A program made the translations under genes and the position numbers. A DNA stretch of 63,982 nucleotides, the filler included, from Basidiobolus ranarum (lineage: Eukaryota): NCBI GenBank assembly GCA_040143965.1. It is 3 parts of 3 records of this genome, joined end to end, with 100 filler letters (N's around TTAATTAATTAA, not from the genome) between each part and the next. Parts side by side here need not be neighbours in the genome. Positions count along the whole stretch, not along the records: positions 1 to 23,955 come from JASJQH010000160.1; 2 more parts are not named here. One strand, written 5' to 3'. Each line of letters starts with the position of its first letter. Positions within the stretch are counted from its first letter, which is position 1. Positions 1 to 11,841 of the stretch are shown here, piece after piece. Under the pieces are notes generated by a model, which was not told the origin of the DNA, searched no databases, and was given only the letters and a program-made list of their open reading frames with translations.

Positions 1-423
1 ACAAAACCACTCAAAACTTCAAGCTTTGAGAAGCTAAGAGCAGGAATAGGCATTAGTGAATATAAGCATAATGCTGAATAAGAATTAAGGGAAGGTGTTG
101 GATAATTAATCTTTATTCAACATTATAGTTAACTTTAGTTATGCTACATATATCAGAAACAGAAAGCAATGTATCTATAGCCCCTATGTTCTAAATAGGA
201 ATATCTCTATATCTTTATAACAAGTATGTCTTATTACCCCCACTTATCTATTATATCTTATTACACAAACTCCTGAATATCTCAAACAATTGATTTACTT
301 TTCCACTATATTAGTCACCATATACTCTTAAGAATAAACTAACCAAAAACACACTATCATAAGTTGCTTTTAATACTCAAAGTCTACTCCCATTGTGTCA
401 AGATCCTCCAATAGTGCTAGAGG

Positions 424-590
424 CCCCAAACCTTTCACATATGTTCATGGGACTTTTCTTAACACACTCTAAATGTTTGTTTGTCTACATCTGGACAAAA
501 CCATAAATGTTGACTTCTACTTGATATATCACAAAGTGAAATCCATCAATTCTTGTTCTCCAGACCACTTCCAACAAACTCCCAGAATAC
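424..590. repeat. Dispersed ~170-bp repeat family A, copy 1 (degenerate, CpG-free; probable transposon relic)
   Basis: Aligns by eye with 48642-48800 and 54620-54794 (shared blocks ccaaac..cacatgttc.tgggac, gacaaaa..ataaatg, accact.ccaa, ccca.aatac), same orientation. Confidence 0.8.
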
Positions 591-1680
591 ATTGATATTA
601 ACAACTATTAGCTAAATTTTCATAGTAGAACTAGATTTCTAGGATTTTAAGTGGTAAATAGTCAGAATTAAACATCCAAGTGTTTATTTACTAGATATTT
701 GTTCAGCTTATGACATAAAGTTCATACCTTTTTTAATCCAATTAGAATGAATATATATTCATAGTGTTTAGGATGATGATGACAATAGTGTTGAAGATTT
801 ATTTTTGAAATTTAATTTGGATATATCGCAGAAATATTCATCATTTCAAAATATTCAGTAAGTCAATCCTTTTTATGCTTACACTGAATTTCAACATTAA
901 CAATGACAGGATTGAACACAAATGAATTGAAAAATAATGGGTCTTTGATTATTATGGTAATTTGCAATCGTACCATTTTTGTATGACTCTGACCTTTGAT
1001 AATGAACCATGCATATAGCCCTGTGTTTCACTTTCACCCTATCCCATTGAAATCTTCCAGCTATAGAAAACTGGACAACAGCCAAGATCTAATGAATCCT
1101 CTTGGCATTGACCATCCCTCGTTCCAGTAACCTATTTCACCCAATAGCTCTATCATGATTCCAATAATGTTCCCGGTATCTAATGTGGAACTGATCTATC
1201 ATATGGTCGAACGAGGACAGAGCTAAACTAGCATAATACTCCTAAATCGATGCATACAGTTGATTTTTACAACGCTTGCCAAGAAAGAATTGAAATACTC
1301 TCACGAAGAGAAACTACCAGCTAATGGATGGGGTACTCTCATTTGAAAGTTCGAAAGAATGAGCACCCTCTGATGATACCATGCCAAGAATTGATAAATC
1401 TTCATCGCTGTTGATGGAATAAGCGTATTTAGAGTAAAATGGGGAAGGGGTTTTTATTTTTACCATATAGATAGGTTCCGATAAAGAGATGGTTTGACCA
1501 TAAAATTTCAACAAATTACGTGGACAGAAGGAAGATGATAATATGACTATTGAATGGGAAATTTACAAGTGGTTAGAATCGGTTATAATCGGGACTCTGG
1601 CTAACCGAGTCTTCGTTGGTTATCATGGTGAAATTTAAGAAATGTTGTGGGAATCTATTATGAACAAACATGCAAGTCTT

Positions 1681-3398
1681 TTACCGACAATCAGCTGGTG
1701 CTACGGCTTCGGATACACGTGGGCGAAAGTTCTCATCATAGAAGCTTGGATCCGAGTACATGTGAGGAGGCACCATAAAAGCTGGTCCTACCGGATATTC
1801 CACCCCAGGTGGTGGTGGGGGAAAGGGGCTGCTTGGGAATTGAGGAACTGCCCAAGAATCCTGAGGTGATGAGTAACCATGGGAGTATGGTGATCGTTGT
1901 GGATCAGTAGGGAACTAATGAGATAATAAGTTAGTCAAGTTCAATGAGGATGGTTGCTATGATAGCTTTCAATTACCTCCGGCAAGTATGGATAAGAATG
2001 ACGATAGTCAGTTGGTGTATACTCATAAGACAGCTACATAGTAATGGAGAGAAATTAGGAAGCACTTCTAACGATTAGACATGTGAACACTAAGAATTAC
2101 CTGAGATGGTGATGGTGATGGTGTATCTCTTCTGGGAAGCTGACTGCTTTCCCGTAAATGCTAAAATATCTTGTTAGTATAGGATCATAAGCTTTATGTA
2201 GTTCAACTTTGAGATACCTCTTGGGGTGTTGAGTTTGCTCTTCTTGGGCCAATCAGTTTAGATCTACGTCTGTCAACTGTAAGGTGTGGCGAGCCTGGGC
2301 CTCCGAGACTTGCGGGCTTAGAGGGTAGTCTTCCACTGGAATGAACACCGCCCATTCGGGGAATCTGACTGGGTGGCGACATCATGTATGGAGACGAGAG
2401 TGATTCAGATGATCCCATTTCTGAATGAGGGTAGAAATGTCCATTAGGATAGATAATAGGTTCGGAGTTGCGGTGAGCAATACTGTGAGTATGATTCATT
2501 TGAGCATGATGAGGAAGTTTTTCATAGTGATGAGGGCTTGCTTGAGGGTGAATTTTAGGGGAGTTACCACGTTGGATATTAGGAAGACTTGTGGTGGAAA
2601 TGTTGGCATCAAGCTTCATGCTGCTCAATTCATCTCGAATCGTATCAACAGAAGATTCGGATTTAGGGCTTTCAATGATTTTTTTACAAGGCCCTTTTTC
2701 AGCATCGGTTGGAGATTCGTTACTGTCTTTATGTTGAAGCGGTGGAAGGGCATCTTCGGATTCTTTCATTTGATTGAGTATCTCTGCTGGAGTTAATGTG
2801 ACTCTGTGAACAGCTGGTTTGGGTGGATTTACTGGTTTAGGAATGTCAGGCTAGAGAATGGAAGTTATTCGCGTTAGAAAGTAGCTTCCAGCAAAGGTAT
2901 CATATGGACTTACCCCGGGATAGTAGGTAAACTCCAGATAAACATCTCCGGCACATTCGCCCTGAGAGGTCAAGCCGAACCAACCTAACGGATAGAGGGT
3001 GAGTGGGTTACTTCCGACTAATGTATATAAATTGACCTACCATCCCACTGATAGCTTCTCAATACTGGTGCAAAATCGATGGTCCGCTGACCAATCAATG
3101 AGCTATCTCGGAGATTCTGATCCAAACATTGAACTCTAACAATGGTATCGCCTTCGAAGATATCAAACTTAAAGTTATCTTCCCAACGAGGCTTTTGCCC
3201 GCCATTTTTGTCGGCCTTGGTGCGTTGGCTTCGCACACCATGTTCGATTTGAATGTAAGGGTCCTGCTTACCAATTTTCTGAACAACACGTAAACCTCGA
3301 CCCTGACATGGCTTAATTTCTAGGACACCCAAGTTTTTCTTAGGCTTTCTGCTACCTTTATGCATCAACATGAAGAGCGGTGGAACCTGTGTAGACAT
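1681..3398 (-). CDS. C2-domain cytokinesis (ingression) protein, Inn1/Fic1-like, multi-exon, Pro/Ser-rich C-terminus
   Basis: Exon 1 gives LGVLEI..IGKQDPY..RTKADKNGGQKPRW. Splicing 3040-2985 continues with GWFGLTSQGECAGDVYLEFTYYP, completing a C2 domain. Later GT-AG exons include ORF 2203-2769 and a PxxP-rich last exon ending at TAA 1681-1683. The 3' end is less certain. Confidence 0.75.
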
Positions 3399-4984
3399 GC
3401 CGAATGGGGAAGGTTTATTGCAAGGTGATTGTGGGAAGAGAGCAATAAAGGGTATACTGAGATTGATGAAAAATTAGCTGGCAGGGGGGTAGTTTTATGA
3501 CCTGAGCAGAGGAATAGCGTTAAGTTAGGAAGGCTACACAAATGAAATCATTGTAACCTTCCATCTCCCAAACTGGGACAGTTATATAGGACAGCATATT
3601 GTATATCGTTATTCAATGGTATTCAGTAGGTGTTCAAATCGTAGCTTATGGTGAAAATTCACTATGACCTCATCTCATATAGGGGAAAAGGCTAGATTCC
3701 GATCCAATTAAAAATAAACAATCCGATAAATATGAAAAATCAACACACCAAATCGTCTCCAGTATGCGCTGCCTAAATTGCACCCCTAGACGAACATAGA
3801 GGTACAAGGCTGAGTCTTACCTGAACACGTCAAAGTGAGTGGACAAGTCGCGCACATTCTACGCGTTTCCGAGTTATCTGGTAAAAGTCTCAACTTGTTA
3901 ATGGATTTCATAGCGAACGAACCATCACAGCTGGAATGTCAAGCAAGCAATAAGACATATATATATATAGCACCTTTCTTGAAATCTCTTGAAACAGAGC
4001 ACCGTTGCTTCAAGCCTGTTGTCAAAAATAACTCTATGCCTCTTTTCTTGGTATACAGATGAGAACAGGTACAGAAATGAGTTGCGTGATTGGTAGGTGC
4101 TGGTTGAAGATCAAAACAACAGCTCCATCCAATCATTTCGATTCAAATGTCAAAAGGGCCCGACTCAACGCCATTGGCGAAGTAAGGTAGGTGCTTAGTG
4201 ACGGCTAATTTCATTTATACAGCTAATGCATGGGACTACAGTAGTCAATACAATTACAATGAGATGTCAAGGTTACGTGGATGATGTATTTGATAGGCCA
4301 TCTCTCCAATACTATGAATTCCCCATATCCAGATCAAAACCTGTCTAAACGCATTTACTATCTACTCCCTTGATATGGCTCCAAGTGTGCCAACCATTCT
4401 ATATCCAAGCCAAACGGTACAGAATCCATGGCGCCCACACGTTAAGCCCACATTCCGCATTAAATCTAACCAGTATGTTACATTAATTACTTAATTTATT
4501 ATGAGCTTTGTTTCATACACTAAGGTTGGGGAAGATGGATTTGTTCACTCTGGGCCATAAATAGCTTTTGCATTTGGTCGATCGCGTACATATTTGTCAC
4601 GGTGGGTTGTGTACCGATACCATACTCGATTGAATTGCATATTCTGAAGTAATGTGTGGTAGCTTGGCATAGATGTTTATTGCTGTGTGGCTCATGACTA
4701 CTCTATGGATGCAATGACAGCGGTGTGCTTGTTATTATTAAATTAGCTACTAATCACTGATAATAGCAAGTGAGTTTTTGATTGTACTCCAATATACTAC
4801 ATATATACATGTTCTACCACGTACGCTTGTACCGAAGATACAAGTGCTCTTGGCCCATCTCGTTGGCTATATTGAACAGGGATGTATCTGCATTCTGCTT
4901 GAGGGTGTTTGGATTATATGGACTTGGTGTTCCTCTGATTTTATGGAGTCAGGTGTTGGCTAGCTCCTATGGGGTTTTTTGCTG

Positions 4985-6091
4985 CTAAAGGTGATATCCT
5001 GGAACAGCACAAAATATGATTGTCGACAAAACAGAAATCAGTAAAGTCGCTCCTAACACTACAAAGGATTTCCTACGATGGACCATTCGAACATACGGTG
5101 ATTCTACTTTTTGAAGGTGAAACCAACCAGTATTTCTTTTCAAATGGAAGGTTTGCATATTAGAAAAATGTCTTCATTAATAGATCAAGAAATGATGCAC
5201 TTACGTATATTCATAAAAGCCAAATATCGGACAAAACCTATCAAGACCAATAACTAAGTTGGACCAACCTATAGCTAATGGGGGAAAGGCCCATATGCGC
5301 CACCATCGGGTCTGATAATCGATGAAGATTAAGGTTAAAGCAATAGAGAAGCCCAAGGCAAGCATAAGAAATGCCATAATGAGTCGAAATATAGCGTGTT
5401 TTCCAGTGATATTATGGTTCATAAGATGATCCAAATATGTGGGATAATAGTAAAAGTTTAGCACGTCAAACACATATGTTTTTGCATTATCAAGTATATG
5501 TTCATCAAAATGGCCAAGTTGCGAGCTCGCAATGATTAGACGTTGTCGTTCTTCTTCAGGTAAAATTATGGGAGCCTGATCGGGATCTTCGGGAACATAC
5601 TCGCGACATATTCTTTGCACATTTTCTCGTAACTTGTGGAGGTTTAGGGTATGTTTGTCAGTAGCTACATCAGGTGTATTGTTATCTGAGTTGGTATTGG
5701 GTCTAGAAGCTGGATTAGAATTAGGTGAGGTGCGTGATATCGGGGCTCTAAGTGTCAAATTAGGCTGTTGTAGTCCTGAATAAATAACTGGAGAGTTTTC
5801 CCGTTTCTTAGAGGGTTGGGGGATCAAGTTATTGTTTCGAATCTGTTTTAAAAAGGCTCTCCATATTTCTTCATGTCTCTCGGCTTCAAGCCAAAAAGTT
5901 AGGTATTGTTCTTCACCAAGATTGCGACGTTTTAAATACTGATAGAACTCTGAGAGTGTGAACGGGGAAGAGGCTTTATTCCTTAGAGTTTGCTCTAAAG
6001 TTGGTGGTCGGGGTAAGCTCTTATCACTAGGTAATTTGGGAAGGGGTTTTGCTTGTAATCTTCTATTCGAAGTATTGTTCTCAGTAGACAT
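4985..6091 (-). CDS. RAX1: Bud-site selection protein Rax1 (RGS-like domain plus C-terminal TM helices), 2 exons
   Basis: PTLEQTL..PFTLSEFYQYL..YLTFWLE RGS-like N-terminus, then TM segments. Intron from 5204 (GTAAGT). Exon 2 reads NTGWFHLQKVESPYVRMVHRRK..IFCAVPGYHL*. Confidence 0.85.
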
Positions 6092-7642
6092 TCTTTCCCT
6101 ATTCTAAAGATAGAAGTGAAGAGGGTTAATAACTGGTATGAGCCACGAAGAAAGGTAGACACCTAGGTTACATTTTGCTTTCAGTCCGACACTATTGCTT
6201 TGATATAAAGCATCAAATCAACGATCGATTCTTTAATTTGGAGCAGTTGAGATGAAACTGAGATGACCCCGCATTGATAAACCAACAAGGTGATCTTTTG
6301 ACGCTGAAGTACAAACGGTGATTACTCTAGCGACTTTACCCATCCAATCCCGACTTACGATGACTGAACTTAATTTAACCTCAGCCAAGCCAATAGATCA
6401 TGCTGATTGATTAAAAAACGAAATGGATTACCATAAGCGGGAGTCCGGTTTGAACGTATTCATATATGAAAACTGCTCCAAAACGCGATAATCCAAAATC
6501 CAACGATGATTCGCTTCAACATGACTGAATCTCCATATTAGATGATCATCAAAGCGATCAGACGCTTAACTAGCTTTAGCTTTGGGATGGAGTAAATGAC
6601 GAGTAGCAAGTTGATGGGACACGCATGTCCGTACCATTCGTATGTGTGAGAGAGTAAAGATCACTCCATTGAACGTGAGAAGGCCCATTTTGAAACGCTA
6701 TCCCAGGTTAGCAGCGCCTCACTGAAATAGTTGGCGTACATGACATTCCCTGTAGATTAAATTACGTTGTTACTGAGAACTCGATTTTGGTACTCGTTTC
6801 TGAGCCAAACTTTTACCGCCAGAAACGAGGCTCAACCAAGTATATGTTCTACACGTATGTTACGTAACTCTGGCGATATTCACATGACAATGATATCAGC
6901 AGATGGTGCGACAAGGTGGCATAAATATGCTACCTGGGTCAAGGTTTGGTAAGCAAACCCTGGATTACGTGGTGAATTCTTTTAACCCGAGTTAACTTGG
7001 AATCTGTACTTGTTTTTGACCAGCCACTGGACAATTCATGTTGGACTGATTTATAGCAAGACAACCAAAGGCAAGTTAGTTAAAATGGCCTTGGGTGTTG
7101 ACTGGCCAACCTCTATTATGATTGATGCTCAAATGCTGGTTGACTCTGTATTTAGCCGGACCTTGAATGGATCTTTCCAAGTGGAAGATACTGACATAAT
7201 CGAGTGCATACAAGCCTTGTCTTTAATGAAGGGTTTTTGAAACTTAGTAGGGAGACCCTTGAATAAAAAATTGATAAGTGGGCCCCGGGTTATACTCCGG
7301 ATTTTGATCACCAACTAGTAGCGTCTTTATCAAGGCTAATGCTCGAGCAAAATCATCTAGGGTTAGGGTTGAGTCAACAGATGACATGATTATTTAGGTG
7401 GGGAACTCGGCTAGGATGAAAAAAAATGGGGTTATAATTATAAGGTGTATTATGATTACTACCAAGTTCGAATATTCTTCCCCAACATGTTGGAAAAAAT
7501 CAACACATTTCTTACCCCCCACCCTCCCCTCATTTTTGAGTATTTGGACTTTTTTGAGCCAACTGAGAATCTTTGCGATATCTTAGTATAACAACTTTTT
7601 GACCACGACTATTCGCCCCTCTCCTTCGCAAACAGTATAAAC

Positions 7643-8279
7643 ATGACTAACGACAAAGACTGCACTGCTAAAGCTGTAGAATCCGCATTGTTGGGCGGTA
7701 CCATCGGTTTGTTGGCTTCTGCTATTCAAAACTCTTTCCAAAATCACTCTGCTGGCGCTGCTGGTGTTTTCACCAGAACTGGCCGAGTCATTCCATACCT
7801 TGGTAAGTGAATGTTTGATGGCATGATGATGGTTGACTTGCTCATCACGAGAAAGCAAGCCTGTACTACATTTAACTAACCCCCTTCCTCTCCCATCTAT
7901 TCACAATAACATGAAAACTCACAGCCGTCGTTGGTGGTGTATTCTCTGCCACTGAGTGCTTATCCGAAAGTATTAGAGAGAAGAAAGATTACGTTAACAG
8001 CGGTATTGCCGGTTGCACTGTCGGTATCTTAGCTGGTCTTCAGGGTTTGTATTTTTTCTTTAAATTCCAATACCCCATTATACCGTTTACTTACACATGC
8101 TTGACTATTCAATAGCTCGCTCTTTCCCTGTGATGGTTGGAGCTACCGTTGGCTTGGGTGCCTTCATGGCTGTGTACGAGTATACTGGTGGTTCCTTGAA
8201 GGGTATTTATGCCGGAAAGTCCGAACAAGATATCAAGCAATACCGTGATGATTTCTTTAAGGGCGACAAACGTGCTTAA
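7643..8279 (+). CDS. NDUFA11: Complex I accessory subunit NDUFA11/B14.7 (Tim17/22/23 family), 3 exons
   Basis: Spliced protein MTNDKDCTAKAVESALLGGTIGLLASAIQNSF..AGVFTRTG..AVVGGVFSATECLSESIREKKDYVNSGIAGC..EYTGGSLKG; introns 7803-7924 and ~8045-8115. Confidence 0.85.
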
Positions 8280-8836
8280 TATGTTTGCATCCTAGAACAT
8301 CTTTAAACATTCCTCTTGCTGAAGTGATCGTAATTTAGTACTTATTTATGAGACTTTTATTTTACAGTATAAAATACCAATGAAGATCACCCATTCAAAT
8401 GGTTTTTTATATGATTACCCTTCATTACACTTCGTCTATCTCTCGCATTTCAAATAAAGAAACCTCGTCTTTTCATTTCTTTTATTATAATATTCATTTC
8501 AACGAATACAAGTTTATGCTAATACACTTCTTTTTCAAATACGAGTTTGTAGGTGGTAGAATGATTAAATAATGTCGTCAATACTAGGGGACTTGCTGAT
8601 TGAGGTGAGAGACTCTAAATAGATAGAATCCCAACGTTTGTATTGAAAGGAAATACCACAATGGAAGTGACATTCCTCAATGAATAAATATCCATAGGAA
8701 TAGTAGTGTGAATATTATCTACAATATTTGGGAGTAACATGATGTAATAAAAGGTATTTGTTTGAGGTATAGATGGATATGTAAATGGATAAAGAGCTCA
8801 AGACTTGTGCACGAGAAATGAATACGGTTATATATT

Positions 8837-11800
8837 CTACCAGAGTTTTACCTTTGCTGGCGGAACACCCTGTGCTCTTGCTTCCCAATAACCACCAGAA
8901 TATAACCAGGATTCGCTCTCGGGTGAGTGAGGATCGGGTTTTTTTTCAAACCATTGTGGTGACCAAACTTCTCCAGCGATTTCACTTTGTTTTCTGCGTT
9001 CCCGTTGTAACTGCTCAACACGTAATTTTTCTTCTTCAGCCTCATCCACTTTACCATGTTCAAAGAGTTTCTGGTCGGGACGAAGACGAGTATCAGTTTG
9101 TGGTAATTTATCAGCTATGTCCGGAGTGATTTCATTTAATTCCATAGCAAATTGAGTAAATCCGTACATCTCAGAGGAGCTTGGATGTGGTGAATGAGCA
9201 CGCCAAATAATTTCCAGTTTATCTTCGCCAAGATTGTGCCAGAGAGCATGGTGCCATTTACCGCTCAGAGTTCTGACAACATTTCCTTCGGCGTCATGAA
9301 GGGCAGCGTGAACCTCATTATTAGAGGATTTGAAAAATCCTCCTTCTTTGAATGTCAATATACAATATTCCTTAGTAGAGTGATTAGTTATACGAACATC
9401 GCCAGTATGTTCCAAATACCGAGTGCCCGCAAGCATGTTTCGCACCCACGTAGAAGGCTTAGAATACGTATACTGTTCGTTATATTTCATCAATTCTACA
9501 TGGACAGTTCCAAAGGGAACCATCTCCATTGACTTCCCCCAAAATTTGCTGTTAATCTTTGAATCTTGCCAAAATTTGAAGTTAAGGGATTCAGCATAAC
9601 AGGCCATGATTGGTGGATGATGGGAAACTTTTTCAGAGATGAACCTGAATCCTTTATCTGGTCTGACACACTCATAGGTCTCACCAAGGAGAGGGTTAAA
9701 CGGCTTTCTTCCAGTTCTAGATTGAGTTGACCCATAAGCAGATAAAGCGAATGCGGTAACGTATGTTAAGCGATCAATAGAATCGGAAAATTCGGAAGCC
9801 TTGTCGAGTAGTTCACTGTACTCGAGCTCTTCGCAAAGACGCTGTAACAAATTAAGGGGTTCGTTGAGTGCAATAGGCATAGCTACAGAGGACAAATCTT
9901 TGCCGACATTCTTGCGAAGAATGGACAAGATACTGACGTCGGGTCCGCATATTGGAGAGGGGAGTACTGAACGACGATGAATAGCATGAGGTGAATTCTT
10001 TAGATCATGTAGTTCATGTCCTACTGAGTTATTTCCTTCCTTTAGATCAAATTGTTCTATGAAACTTTCATCGTCATCATCATCGTCATCGTCAATCTGT
10101 GATGAATCCTCGGTACAAACTTGATCATCATCTCCTGATGTATCTTCTGAAATAATTATTTCAGGAGCATCAAAGAATTCATCATCACCAGTCCCAATGG
10201 AAGAGGCAACGGAGGCTGGACGGCTGATTCGTTTGGTGAAGCTACGGTTATCCTCCTCCGCAGAGATACCAAGATTCTCTTTAAGATCTTCGTTCTCACG
10301 CTCAAGGTGATTGATGGTATTTTTCAAAGACACGTTTTTGTCTGATTCATCAGACAATACATCACCAAGATTGAGACTAGCCTTTTCTATGTTAAGAAGA
10401 CAACTCTCTAGTTGCTCAGCTAGCTTCAGTGTAGCTGAGGAAGAAGTAGAACTATGATTGTTCGCATTAGCATCTATAATGAAGACGTATCAGCACAATG
10501 ACTATCACAGGTGAAAATAACAGGTTTCAAACAAACCGGAAAGCTCACTCTCGATTATGTTATTTGTTGCAGAATCGAGAAAGTATTGCTTGATAGAATT
10601 GGCATAAGATTTGGCCTCATTTAACTGAGATAACAGAGTGCTATACTCTTCCTTAGCTTTGGTAAACGAGGGGGAGGGCTCTAGGGTGTTGGAAGCTTCC
10701 TGGCGAAGTGTAGAGATACGTAGATCTTCAGCATTCGAGGTTTTGGATTTCGTTGAACCATTAAATTCATTTTGTGGACTTTCACTAATAGGTCTGTCTT
10801 CCGATTGTTTGGAGTATTTCTTTATAACATCCATCCATAGCTCGAAATCCTCGGCATTTAGAGCCCTTAAGCTATACAGACAAGATCCGCTGTCGATATT
10901 TATAGCCCGGTGACCAGGAACAACAAAAATAACTGAAAGAGGGATTTGAATGGACCCGCGACAGAAACTCTGTGGATTCTTGAAATAAGACAATACTCCT
11001 TTGTCAATTTGTACCCAGCGCTTAGCCCAACCTTCATAGTTTAGTATAATCAATTGTGATATGTCAGTGTAACTATTCTCAACTTTAAGACCATAAAGGT
11101 GGAACACCAACCTTGCATTTTCTTTCTTTTCTTTTTGAGGAGCCAACCGCTAATTTCGGGTTCGGATTTTTTTTCGTCAGGACCTGAGGAAATAGTGTTA
11201 TTATTGTAAACGAGGTAATCATGGTAAAGAAGTATCCTTACCATCCTTCAGTCCGACAAAAAACGTCAGTTTTTTCGATGTATTACGAGAAAAAGAGTTA
11301 TCTATTTAGTAGAGGGTGAGTACGATATATAAATAAGTCTATATAAAATCCCATGTTTACCAAAGCATAAAACATATGTCCCAGGCTCTTGAACTAAGTA
11401 TGAGCCTTTAATGGTTGCCTTGGAAGATTCGTAATGACCGACCGGGATTATTTCAGTAAGGTTGGGGTCTTTTGAGGTAAGAAAGATAGAAGAAGACTTG
11501 CGTATGGTCTTTGGGATTGGGTTATAAGAATCCTGAAGACTACATATTGATGTATCGTCGTCACCAATCTCGTAGTCAACAATTTCAGAACTATTGGAAT
11601 TTGGAATTGAAGTGGAGCTTCCGGTAGTGATATTTACATTCCTAGGATTTGGGGCAGCCAAGTTGGCTGATGAGGCAACAAAGAGGTCGGAAGAAGAAGC
11701 GACCGTTTGTTTCCGATAATAAAGGCCAAAGGATATGTTCTTTCTTTTGGTTGAAAAATACCAGAGAAGGTTTTTTCCTTTCTGGTCAACATAAATATAG

Positions 11801-11841
11801 TGTTGGAAAATATCCCTAGGTGGTACTTCCACTTCTTGCAT
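8837..11841 (-). CDS. OSH3: Oxysterol-binding protein Osh3-like (GOLD + PH + FFAT + ORD), multi-exon
   Basis: GOLD (YVLCF|DNSFSRNTSKKL), PH (GWLLKKKRKKMQGWAKRW), FFAT EFFDAPE at 10160-10180, ORD signatures EKVSHHPP and KPFNPLLGETYE. Confidence 0.92.

Noticed and set aside
6770-7240. Coding-like fragments (KLLPPETRLNQVYVLH; ALGVDWPTSIMIDAQ) between RAX1 and NDUFA11
   Set aside because: No recognisable family and no consistent exon chain
7803-7924. ATGATGA C-box and a hairpin in NDUFA11 intron 1
   Set aside because: No CTGA D box or terminal stem; insufficient for a snoRNA call
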